Source: Giardia intestinalis
Lineage: Eukaryota
Direction: 5' to 3' (one strand)
Length of the DNA stretch: 64,000 bases
NCBI GenBank assembly: GCA_000002435.2
Contig: CM018791.1
The translations under genes were made by a program, and so were the position numbers. This document shows positions 54,845 to 63,048 of this stretch, piece by piece. Below the pieces are notes generated by a model, which had not been told where the DNA came from, ran no database searches, and saw only the letters and a list, made by a program, of their open reading frames with translations. Each line of letters opens with the position of its first letter. Position 1 is the first letter of the stretch.

Positions 54845-57487
54845 TTATAGTAAACAGTCTGTCTCCCCGTAGCTTCTGTAGTCGCACCCGCTGGGGTCAA
54901 GGACGTCTCCTTCGAGTGGGCAGAGGATCCTGATGGCGGGTGTGTGTCCCCGGCTCGCCGCATACATCAAAGCGCAGCGCCCTGCTGCATCAATTGCTCC
55001 GTGCTCCAGAGGGGCAAGCACATGCACAGATGCCATCTGGCCACAGAGGACGGCCTCGATCAGCGCTGTCCGGCCACGGTTGTTCCGGAGCCCTGCTTCA
55101 ACGGTGACGAGCTGGCAGACCGCAGCCGTGGCGCCCACGACCGCGGCGCACATGAGGGCTGTCCACCCCTCTACCGTTTGAGCGCGGGCCTCGTAAAGAA
55201 GGAGCGCCTCAACACCCTCCACGTAGTTTGAGGCGGCGGCCACCATCAGGGCCGTCTCGCCGCGCTTGTTCTGCAGCCGCGCTTCAGTCCTGAGAAGACT
55301 GAGAGCATCTGTAGCCCAGAACCGCGCCGCATAGATCAGGGCAGTGTCTCCATCGAAGTCCTGCCTGCCGTGCTGGAAGGGGAGAAGCCTATCGATGCAG
55401 CCAACGCGGTTGTTTGCCGCCGCAGCCATTAGAGCAGTGCGCCCCCGACTGTCTGCGATGTCCGCCTCTGCCCCCACGAGGAGGTTGAGGAGCTGATGCA
55501 TACCGCGTTGCGCCGCCAGGAAAAGAGCTGTGCAGCCTTGGGCGTCGCGGCCTCCGGCGTCTGTTCGCATCCGCTGGAGAACCATGGCCTCGTCGCACGA
55601 GAAGATTGCGTGCTGTAGAGGGCTGCGGCGGAGAGTGTTGTGGACCAGCTCAGACCGCAGCTTCTGACGGATACACGGATGTGTCGCAAGCATCGATAGA
55701 GCGGTGCGCGCCACAGGGTCCGGCTGGAGCATGCCAGCCAAGACTCCGTGCAGCTCGTCCGAGTACGACAGACCAAGAAAGTGGCCTCGGAGATGTGCCT
55801 GGGCGTCATCCAGTGTCGAGCAAGCAATGATATCTCCGCGGCAGAGGTGGCAAATTGTTTGTGCCAGCTCCCAAAGGTCTGCCCGGGAGCCTCCAACCCA
55901 TGACTGGGCGCTGCCAGGACGAAGTTCAGGTGCAGTGAAGGGATCCAGACCCTTGTCCAAAGCCAAGTGTCCGCAGCGAGATGGCTGCGTAAGCTTCTTG
56001 GCGAAGCGCAGAGCAGACCCTGTGTCAAGAAGGCGCAGATCCCCTTCCTGGGTCAAATAAAGCGCCCACGGGCGGATAGCATGGTGACAGAGGGGGCCGT
56101 CAGAGCGCGTCTGGAGCATGCAGAGCACATCGACAACGGCAATAAGTAGGCTCCAGACCTTCTGCTCACAGAGACCTCCCCTGTCCAGAGTTCCTACGAC
56201 GTCGCTGAGACGGTGAAGGGAAGCGGCCTCCACGGCCTCATAGGCGTAGGTGTTTAAGGAGCTGATCTTTCCAAAGGACAAGGGCACAATATATGGATGC
56301 GATATTGAAGCTAATTCTGCAAAATATTCAGTTATAGCATTCTGCAACACAGAGTCATCTCCGATACGATATACTTTGCAGAAAACACGGATACCTGTGC
56401 TACGATTTTTGAGAACAAAACCTTCACACATTCCGTTGAATCCACAGTGCGCTATGGGTAGGTAGTCTGGGAGATCCAAGAGTATGCTTTCTAGAGAGTT
56501 TTCAATTAGAGAAGATAATCCATCAGAACGGCCTGTCAGAGGCTTCTGCAACCAGGAAGGTAAAACAAGAGGCTGCGGTACATCGAGAGGAGGCTCTAAA
56601 AGAGATCCAATGGGTATAGAACGAAGAAGGGTGCGACTAGCAAAGGGAACTTTGGATAGAAGGTCACAAACTTTGGGATGCAAGAGAAGTTTGGTAGGAG
56701 TTGGCCTATCGGAGGGTCTGTATGCTAGGAGCTGTGCCACTAACGGCCGCAAAGTTAGGGGAACCTTCTCCACCAAAGTCGATGCACGCTTTGGTAAGGC
56801 GCTAGGACCAAGAGTTGAAAGAATGGCCGGAAGCACCTGTGATCTATCGTCTCCAAATGGATAGCTGCCATTACAGATTCTGTATAACAGACATCCGAGA
56901 GACCACATAACCGACTGTGTACTTCCTGGCCCCCCATGAAGAACTTCAGGACTTGAGCAGGGCCCGACAACAAGCGAGGATACACAGATGTTATCCCTAG
57001 GAGGTTCCAGGGCTACTCGAGGGTGTAAGAGAACCCGAAAAAGGTCAATCTCTTTATCGTATGAAAAATGCGCAGGGTCCAGCTCCTCGACCGGCAGGGT
57101 GTCGAAGAGAGCTGCAGGACAGAGAAACTCCTTATCAAGCTCACTATAGAGAGCAGCAACAGAAGCTATAAGTCTCCAACAAAGCCTCACACGCATGGAA
57201 ATGGACTGGTCTTTGGTGTCAGCAATTGGAGAATAGGGGAGTAGAAGCCGAAGCTGTATGACCTCTGGAACAGACTCTTCATTAATTGCATAATTCATTA
57301 CAAGCGGATGGATGGGCTTAGAGATGTATAATGTGAGCCGCTGTCTCCATGCGTCAATAGATCCTTGTGGTAAGCTCTGGAAGTGAATATTATGGATATC
57401 TTGCCCACAGAGGTCTGTATTCTTGCTAACAGTAAAGGTGACGCGCTGCATAGTATAAAGGTTGGGACAGTGAGAGTCTTCTGGCAT
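54845..57487 (-). CDS. kinase-like protein with degenerate catalytic motifs and C-terminal ankyrin repeats (NEK-like pseudokinase), possibly two tandem kinase-like regions
   Basis: The track start is a TTG at 57559. The first ATG is 57487 (MPEDSH...), with A-rich sequence just upstream. Residues around 370 to 630 have kinase-fold elements with degenerate catalytic motifs: GIRVFCKVYRI; HHAIRPWALYL in place of HRDLKPEN; LLDTGSA in place of DFG; FTAPELRP; ADLWELAQ. Residues around 150 to 300 carry a second C-lobe-like stretch (SPEVLHGG...SVMWSLGCLLYRICNGSYPF). The C-terminal 300 aa are ankyrin repeats, and the 3' 963 bp lie inside the inverted repeat. Confidence 0.75.
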   Translation of the reverse strand: MPEDSHCPNLYTMQRVTFTVSKNTDLCGQDIHNIHFQSLPQGSIDAWRQRLTLYISKPIHPLVMNYAINEESVPEVIQLRLLLPYSPIADTKDQSISMRVRLCWRLIASVAALYSELDKEFLCPAALFDTLPVEELDPAHFSYDKEIDLFRVLLHPRVALEPPRDNICVSSLVVGPCSSPEVLHGGPGSTQSVMWSLGCLLYRICNGSYPFGDDRSQVLPAILSTLGPSALPKRASTLVEKVPLTLRPLVAQLLAYRPSDRPTPTKLLLHPKVCDLLSKVPFASRTLLRSIPIGSLLEPPLDVPQPLVLPSWLQKPLTGRSDGLSSLIENSLESILLDLPDYLPIAHCGFNGMCEGFVLKNRSTGIRVFCKVYRIGDDSVLQNAITEYFAELASISHPYIVPLSFGKISSLNTYAYEAVEAASLHRLSDVVGTLDRGGLCEQKVWSLLIAVVDVLCMLQTRSDGPLCHHAIRPWALYLTQEGDLRLLDTGSALRFAKKLTQPSRCGHLALDKGLDPFTAPELRPGSAQSWVGGSRADLWELAQTICHLCRGDIIACSTLDDAQAHLRGHFLGLSYSDELHGVLAGMLQPDPVARTALSMLATHPCIRQKLRSELVHNTLRRSPLQHAIFSCDEAMVLQRMRTDAGGRDAQGCTALFLAAQRGMHQLLNLLVGAEADIADSRGRTALMAAAANNRVGCIDRLLPFQHGRQDFDGDTALIYAARFWATDALSLLRTEARLQNKRGETALMVAAASNYVEGVEALLLYEARAQTVEGWTALMCAAVVGATAAVCQLVTVEAGLRNNRGRTALIEAVLCGQMASVHVLAPLEHGAIDAAGRCALMYAASRGHTPAIRILCPLEGDVLDPSGCDYRSYGETDCLL
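54849..54855 (+). promoter_or_regulatory. putative poly(A) signal AGTAAAC for H4 copy 1
   Basis: In TAAttatAGTAAACag the heptamer starts 5 nt after the H4 stop. It lies within the last codons of the convergent kinase gene on the opposite strand. Confidence 0.5.
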
Positions 57488-57789
57488 AAGGGGATTTTTG
57501 GCTCTTTCTACGCCATATGAGCATAATGTGTCCCTCACCAAGACACTAGTTAATTGCAACCGAGAGTCACCTTGTAAGATTCAGCAGCCCCTGGGGCAGT
57601 CAGGCTTTTCAAGAAAACGTTCCCTTGGGCTTTGATGGACCATGGCTAAGTCAGAGCAAAAGCGTAAGATAATAGCGTGTTTATCTCTCCAGCGGAAAGA
57701 CGCGTTGCACCATTGACGCCCAGGCACATCTCCGAGGCCACTTTCTTGGTCTGTCGTACTCGGACGAGCTGCACGGAGTCTTGGCTGGC

Positions 57790-58677
57790 ATGCTCCAGCC
57801 GGACCCTGTGGCGCGCACCGCTCTATCGATGCTTGCGACACATCCGTGTATCCGTCAGAAGCTGCGGTCTGAGCTGGTCCACAACACTCTCCGCCGCAGC
57901 CCTCTACAGCACGCAATCTTCTCGTGCGACGAGGCCATGGTTCTCCAGCGGATGCGAACAGACGCCGGAGGCCGCGACGCCCAAGGCTGCACAGCTCTTT
58001 TCCTGGCGGCGCAACGCGGTATGCATCAGCTCCTCAACCTCCTCGTGGGGGCAGAGGCGGACATCGCAGACAGTCGGGGGCGCACTGCTCTAATGGCTGC
58101 GGCGGCAAACAACCGCGTTGGCTGCATCGATAGGCTTCTCCCCTTCCAGCACGGCAGGCAGGACTTCGATGGAGACACTGCCCTGATCTATGCGGCGCGG
58201 TTCTGGGCTACAGATGCTCTCAGTCTTCTCAGGACTGAAGCGCGGCTGCAGAACAAGCGCGGCGAGACGGCCCTGATGGTGGCCGCCGCCTCAAACTACG
58301 TGGAGGGTGTTGAGGCGCTCCTTCTTTACGAGGCCCGCGCTCAAACGGTAGAGGGGTGGACAGCCCTCATGTGCGCCGCGGTCGTGGGCGCCACGGCTGC
58401 GGTCTGCCAGCTCGTCACCGTTGAAGCAGGGCTCCGGAACAACCGTGGCCGGACAGCGCTGATCGAGGCCGTCCTCTGTGGCCAGATGGCATCTGTGCAT
58501 GTGCTTGCCCCTCTGGAGCACGGAGCAATTGATGCAGCAGGGCGCTGCGCTTTGATGTATGCGGCGAGCCGGGGACACACACCCGCCATCAGGATCCTCT
58601 GCCCACTCGAAGGAGACGTCCTTGACCCCAGCGGGTGCGACTACAGAAGCTACGGGGAGACAGACTGTTTACTATAA
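57790..58677 (+). pseudogene. duplicated 3' fragment of the kinase/ankyrin gene, forming a free-standing 296-aa ankyrin-repeat ORF (possibly expressed; status unknown)
   Basis: The translation is identical to the C-terminal 296 aa of the 54845..57487 protein (MLQPDPVARTALSMLATHPCIRQKL...GETDCLL). The kinase-like N-terminal two-thirds are absent. The repeat boundary lies 76 bp upstream of this ATG, and the track ORF begins at a TTG at 57781. Confidence 0.55.
58667..58673 (-). promoter_or_regulatory. putative poly(A) signal AGTAAAC for H4 copy 2
   Basis: Mirror image of 54849..54855 within the repeat. Confidence 0.5.
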
Positions 58678-58977
58678 TTAGATCCCGAATCCATAGAGTG
58701 TGCGGCCCTGGCGCTTGAGAGCGTAGACGACGTCCTGGGACGTGACCGTCTTGCGCTGGCCGTGTTCTGTGTATGTGAGGGAGTCGCGGAGAACGACCTC
58801 GAGGAACGCCTTGAGGACCTCGCGGGTCTGCTGGTAGATCGTCGAGGAGATGCGCTTCACACCTCCACGGCGCGCCAGACGGCGGATGGCGGGCTTCGTG
58901 ATGCCCCCGAGCGTGTCCTTCTCCTTCGAGTGGCGCTTCGACTTGCCGTAGCCCTTACCCTTACCCTTGCCAGACAT
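58678..58977 (-). CDS. H4: histone H4 (copy 2, identical protein to copy 1)
   Basis: 99-aa translation identical to 54545..54844. It lies in the right repeat arm in inverted orientation. Confidence 0.92.
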   Translation of the reverse strand: MSGKGKGKGYGKSKRHSKEKDTLGGITKPAIRRLARRGGVKRISSTIYQQTREVLKAFLEVVLRDSLTYTEHGQRKTVTSQDVVYALKRQGRTLYGFGI

Positions 58978-59010
58978 TTTTATTTGCCCCTTCCCGCGTC
59001 TTCTTTTTTA

Positions 59011-59024
59011 GCCCAAATCTGCGC
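59011..59024 (-). promoter_or_regulatory. histone promoter motif (GCGCAGATTTGGGC on the minus strand) for H4 copy 2
   Basis: Mirror image of 54498..54511 within the repeat arm. Confidence 0.6.
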
Positions 59025-59150
59025 CCTACGTCCAGGGAAGGAACGCCCCGAAGAGCCCCGCCCCGAGCGTGGAAACAAAGACACCACTGAGTAAAACCTT
59101 GCTTTGTCAGTTTTGACTCTCAATAGCAAGAATTTGCAGGCTAAAATTAA

Positions 59151-59423
59151 ATGACCATAACGGCTCCGATTCAGCTTCTTTTTGAGGCAATTGATATGTG
59201 TGTGTCCGTAGAAACCAGGACAGGTAGCATATATGAAGGAAAGCTTGTGTCTGTAGAACCAACGCTTTCGGTTACTATTTCGAACTGCACAATAACACAC
59301 CCTACGGGTCAAAAGGAAACAGCACAAACGGTTATGCTGAGAGGATCTGAAGTTCGGTTTGTGTCTGTTCCTAATGCCCTCGTAGACTCTCCGGTATTGA
59401 AGCAGGGAAATCGCAAAATTTAA
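59151..59423 (+). CDS. SNRPD3: Sm protein, best match SmD3
   Basis: Sm1/Sm2 fold. PIQLLFEAIDMCVSVETRTGSIYEGKLVSVEPTLSVTISNCTITH...VMLRGSEVRFVSVPNALVDSPVLK parallels human SmD3 ([48 protein letters not shown]...[22 protein letters not shown]). ATG at 59151 follows gctaaaattaa. Confidence 0.8.
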   Translation: MTITAPIQLLFEAIDMCVSVETRTGSIYEGKLVSVEPTLSVTISNCTITHPTGQKETAQTVMLRGSEVRFVSVPNALVDSPVLKQGNRKI

Positions 59424-59437
59424 AAAACGCTTCAGGT

Positions 59438-60658
59438 ATGAACAAGCTGATTGCCGTCGAGGCATGTCGGTGCTTGGCGGTAATACAGGACACTATAGAC
59501 GTGCTTGAGCGGGTAATGTGTGTCAATCCAACTCTCTTTACTTTAGGCTTAGACTTTGATGGTTTGCTGGGCAAGGAGTTGTCGACTGCTATGCGGAAAT
59601 ATCAACAAACTCGCACTACACTGGAATCATTGCGCACAGAGTTGGCTTCTGTGAAGGCAGCAGGCTTCAAAGCACGACTTAAGTCTATTCAGCGGAAGAT
59701 AGAAGGCGCCACGGATATGTTTCAGAAGGCTGTGAAGCAGCTAATAGTTTTGTTAGCGGGTGAGCTGGATTTCATTCCCAAGTTGGAGCAGGCGGGGGTT
59801 CAGCCTGTGTTGCTGCAGCCTCAGGCGGCTGTGCTTGGAGGAGCTGCAGGACGCTCCACTGCTACTGCCTCTGTAGCAGGGGACCACGCTCAAGTCCTCT
59901 CTCAGAGTCAAACGGGCACACTTGTCCCCAATCAAGCAGCCCAAAACTATGCCAGTATCAATGATCTAATTGCTATTCTCAAGTCCCTGCATCACGTTGT
60001 CTCCATTGACATGATGACGAGTGCTGACCAAGAGAAGCAGAAGAAGACCATGCTTGCGGCTTTGGCGGCCTCTGAGCGCACAAATTTGGCACATCTTCAA
60101 TCTCTCCGCCGGGAGCTGGATATCACGATGGGGCAATGTCAGTCGGCTGAAGAGAGGGTTGCTCTGCACTTGGCTACCATAAACGAGTTACTAACTACTA
60201 ACGCTGTCAATGCAGACAACGAAACAACCAGGTTGATAGAGGAGTCTTCGGGATTGGAGACACAGAGCCAGGAGTCGTACTCAAAACGAATTGGTGATAT
60301 AATGCCAAAGATACTTGAGCTCCAGCGGAAAGTTGCAGACTTATGTAAGAAGCATAGAGATAATGTAGTAGACATTCAGCGAAACAAGCGCCGCTCTGAG
60401 TTTCAGATTCGCAACTGGTTAAAGAACTATGATGAACGGTGTATCGACTGTGACAACCTCATCTATAAACTCCGGTACGAGATCAACATAAGCGAAGATC
60501 GAATTGGAGTCCTCCAGGGTGTCATCAATGCATACAACGCATACCTAACTAAGCGCACAAGCCAGTACGAAGAGAAGGAGGAGGTACTACGGCAGTTCAT
60601 GCTCAGCTGGGAACTTCCTCCAGTTGTCTACGAAACACAACATAAGGAATTCGGATAG
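59438..60658 (+). CDS. hypothetical coiled-coil protein
   Basis: 406-aa ORF with ATG at 59438, 14 bp after the SmD3 stop. Heptad-rich segments run throughout (LESLRTELASVKAAGFKARLKSIQRKIEGATDMFQKAVKQL; RIGDIMPKILELQRKVADLCKKHRDN). Confidence 0.55.
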   Translation: MNKLIAVEACRCLAVIQDTIDVLERVMCVNPTLFTLGLDFDGLLGKELSTAMRKYQQTRTTLESLRTELASVKAAGFKARLKSIQRKIEGATDMFQKAVKQLIVLLAGELDFIPKLEQAGVQPVLLQPQAAVLGGAAGRSTATASVAGDHAQVLSQSQTGTLVPNQAAQNYASINDLIAILKSLHHVVSIDMMTSADQEKQKKTMLAALAASERTNLAHLQSLRRELDITMGQCQSAEERVALHLATINELLTTNAVNADNETTRLIEESSGLETQSQESYSKRIGDIMPKILELQRKVADLCKKHRDNVVDIQRNKRRSEFQIRNWLKNYDERCIDCDNLIYKLRYEINISEDRIGVLQGVINAYNAYLTKRTSQYEEKEEVLRQFMLSWELPPVVYETQHKEFG

Positions 60659-60675
60659 ATAGATTGCTTTATTTT

Positions 60676-60682
60676 ATTTACT
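60676..60682 (-). promoter_or_regulatory. putative poly(A) signal AGTAAAT for PheRS alpha
   Basis: On the minus strand, 12 to 18 nt downstream of the TGA stop at 60694..60696. Confidence 0.4.
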
Positions 60683-60693
60683 TTAAAGGAGTC

Positions 60694-62319
60694 TCAGAGG
60701 GAGGCGTGTGCGGGAGTAAATACGCGGTACTCTCGGATGAGCTCTAGGCTTGTGCTTGGGCCTATTAAGTCGCGTATGTTAGAAATCTCATGAACGATCA
60801 TGGTTGGCCTCTCTAGGCTAAGGCCCCAAGCCAGGACTTGCACATCTTCGGGGAGGCCAAGGGGCAGGAGCACTTCCGGCCGGAAGAGTCCAGAGTTACC
60901 CACCTCTACCCAGCGTTTTAGCTGGGGGTGAAATGCAAAAATTTCCATGGACGGTGCCGTGTAGGGGTTGTAGGTTGCCTTAAACTTGAGCTGAGTCATC
61001 CCAAGGCGAGCAAAGAAGGCACGGAGAGTCGCGATAAGGTTTCCAAGGGTCAGATTCCGGTCAATAACCATTCCTTCCACCTGGTTAAACTCACAAAGGT
61101 GGGTGGCATCAAGTGTCTCGTTGCGATAAACCCTGTCAATAGAGAAGAAGCGGCGTGGTCTAAACTCGCCCGTTTTCTGATAATGCTGACCTATTTCATA
61201 AAGCACACGGGCTGAGACGGCAGTAGTGTGCGTGCGGAGAACGTTCCTAAGAGCCTCTGATACCTTCCAGACATATCTGTATCCCTTGGAGCGCATAGCC
61301 TCTCCTCCGCTTTCGTGTGCCGTCCTGATCCGCTCTACAAGCTCAGCATCGAGAGAGTCTCTCCTGGTTTGAGAGTACTGTCCGCCTACAAAGAACGTGT
61401 CTTGTGAGTCTCTAGCAGGGTGGCTTTGTGGCTGAAAGAGAGCGTCAAAGTTCCAGAAGCTAGATTCAACCAGCTTTGGTGTCTTCATCTGCTCAAAACC
61501 CATTCCAACAAACGCCTCGACGAATAGTCTTCGCATTTCCATCAGCGGGTGGAAGGCACCTGCATGAGGCACCGAGCCAAGAGACTCGAAATTCAGGGGC
61601 TTAATACTAAAGCCAAATGACGGTGTTCCCGCTTTGGCTGCAGCTTCGGTCGAAGGATTGTTTAAAAAGTGCTGCCTTACCATTTCAATGGTCAAGTCCG
61701 GGCTAAGCTTCTTCATACCCGCTTCGTATTTCTCTCCTTTTGAGATGACAAAGTGCTTGAGCTCTGCAGTGGTGACGAGCTTCCGTTGCTTCAGTTGCTT
61801 GAAGAGGTCATCGTCAATCTTCTCTTGAACGAGGTCAGTTGTCCCAGGGATGACAAGACCATATAGCAGGGCCTGCGTGTCATCAGAGATGTCTGCCAAA
61901 GGAAGACATAGTTCGTAGCCGGGATCGGGGTCCTTCTTACCACTGCTAATTATCCGTATCCATTTAGCACGCATGCAGCCAGCCACTCCGACCATAAAGT
62001 CTCCCTCACTGAAGTATTTAGAGAGCTCACTTTTCTTGACAAGGCCTCCTTGACCTTGCGGGTGAGAAGTGGCAAGATCATTCAGCTTTGACGCAAGACG
62101 ATACTCGTAAGATCCTCCTTGGAGAGTGGCCACTCCGTCTTTGGTCAAGACGATACAGGTCGTCTTTATGAGCTCCGTCTTCAGCACCTCATTAGCCTCC
62201 AGTGACTTCATCCAGGAGATCAGCTCTCCGTGCGGCACACTAAGAGCCTCTGCGGCAGCCTTACACGTTATGCTTTTCCGGTCTCGAAGAAGCTCATAGA
62301 GCGAGCAGGCAGTGGCCAT
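60694..62319 (-). CDS. FARSA: phenylalanine--tRNA ligase alpha subunit (cytosolic type)
   Basis: Class II aaRS core with the hallmark FQPQSHPARDSQDTFF, followed by FRPEVLLPLGLPEDVQVLAWGLSLERPTMI. The N-terminus resembles a winged-helix region. A confirmed ATG at 62319. Confidence 0.88.
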   Translation of the reverse strand: MATACSLYELLRDRKSITCKAAAEALSVPHGELISWMKSLEANEVLKTELIKTTCIVLTKDGVATLQGGSYEYRLASKLNDLATSHPQGQGGLVKKSELSKYFSEGDFMVGVAGCMRAKWIRIISSGKKDPDPGYELCLPLADISDDTQALLYGLVIPGTTDLVQEKIDDDLFKQLKQRKLVTTAELKHFVISKGEKYEAGMKKLSPDLTIEMVRQHFLNNPSTEAAAKAGTPSFGFSIKPLNFESLGSVPHAGAFHPLMEMRRLFVEAFVGMGFEQMKTPKLVESSFWNFDALFQPQSHPARDSQDTFFVGGQYSQTRRDSLDAELVERIRTAHESGGEAMRSKGYRYVWKVSEALRNVLRTHTTAVSARVLYEIGQHYQKTGEFRPRRFFSIDRVYRNETLDATHLCEFNQVEGMVIDRNLTLGNLIATLRAFFARLGMTQLKFKATYNPYTAPSMEIFAFHPQLKRWVEVGNSGLFRPEVLLPLGLPEDVQVLAWGLSLERPTMIVHEISNIRDLIGPSTSLELIREYRVFTPAHASL

Positions 62320-62321
62320 TT

Positions 62322-62990
62322 TTATTTGATTTTCGAGACCCTAGATCCATGAGAGCTTGAGGCCTTAAAGTGCACCCTCAGGGACACAACACCTTCTGGC
62401 GAAGAAGTACCAAGCTGGTTCTTGCTAACATAATGCCTTTGCTCTATGTACCCCGAAGGGCTTCTTGCCCGAGAGCCAGTTCGGAAACCGAGAGCTGACT
62501 TACTCGGTTGTGGAGAGTTTACCTGTAGAGGAATAATGGTACGCTGGGGATCGCGAAGGGCCTTGCCACTCGTTGGGCGCAACTGAGGATTGTTGTAGTT
62601 ACTTCTACCCACTTTAGGCGTACTTCCAGAGTACATGCTAGGTAGGCGAGAGACAGAGTCGGCCGCAAGACTGTATATTCTGCTATCGTCGACAGACAGG
62701 TTGAACTGCGAAGCAAGCCTTATTAGGAACCGTTCATATTCCGCCGGGTTTTCGCGTACCCACGTCTCTAGCCTATGGCAGTAGGAGTCCGTAATGCGGT
62801 GGAAGGAGTCAAGACATGAAAGGATCTCTTGTTGTTGCAGAGACGCCAGTTCGTGCATCTGCGCCCTATCTGCGGGACCAAGAAACCGAGAAGAATAGCG
62901 AACGGGCCCGTCTGAATATTGACCATTTACGTACGTTAAGGAGTAAGAATCTGATGGAGACTGGACATACTTTGGAATCGTTAAGGGCAT
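62322..62990 (-). CDS. hypothetical protein (Ser-rich C-terminal half)
   Basis: 222-aa ORF with ATG at 62990. Its TAA stop lies 2 nt upstream of the PheRS ATG, in a different frame. No recognisable domain. Confidence 0.45.
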   Translation of the reverse strand: MPLTIPKYVQSPSDSYSLTYVNGQYSDGPVRYSSRFLGPADRAQMHELASLQQQEILSCLDSFHRITDSYCHRLETWVRENPAEYERFLIRLASQFNLSVDDSRIYSLAADSVSRLPSMYSGSTPKVGRSNYNNPQLRPTSGKALRDPQRTIIPLQVNSPQPSKSALGFRTGSRARSPSGYIEQRHYVSKNQLGTSSPEGVVSLRVHFKASSSHGSRVSKIK

Positions 62991-63048
62991 GCTTTACTTT
63001 TTAGATCCAACCAGACGTTATGTGGTAGACCGCTTGTACAAAGAAGTT

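Larger units (their letters stand above)
54446..55808. repeat. left arm of a 1363-bp inverted duplication (partner 57714..59076)
   Basis: The reverse complement of 57714..59076 matches this interval. Junctions were checked base by base at both ends: the outer junction is at 54446/59076 and the inner at 55808/57714. All ORF translations in the arms are identical, and every mapped coordinate pair sums to 113522, implying no indels. Confidence 0.85.
57714..59076. repeat. right arm of the 1363-bp inverted duplication (partner 54446..55808)
   Basis: See the left arm. Outside the arms the flanks diverge immediately: 54445 c versus the complement of 59077 t, and 55809 versus 57713. Confidence 0.85.

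Noticed and set aside
54398-59094. Paired identical small ORFs in the two repeat arms (for example 54933..55181 with 58341..58589, and 55389..55598 with 57924..58133, encoding Arg/Pro/Gly-rich peptides)
   Set aside because: They are antisense to the ankyrin-repeat coding region and to H4. Their duplication is a trivial consequence of the inverted repeat, not evidence of coding. The GC-rich ankyrin codons give open antisense frames.
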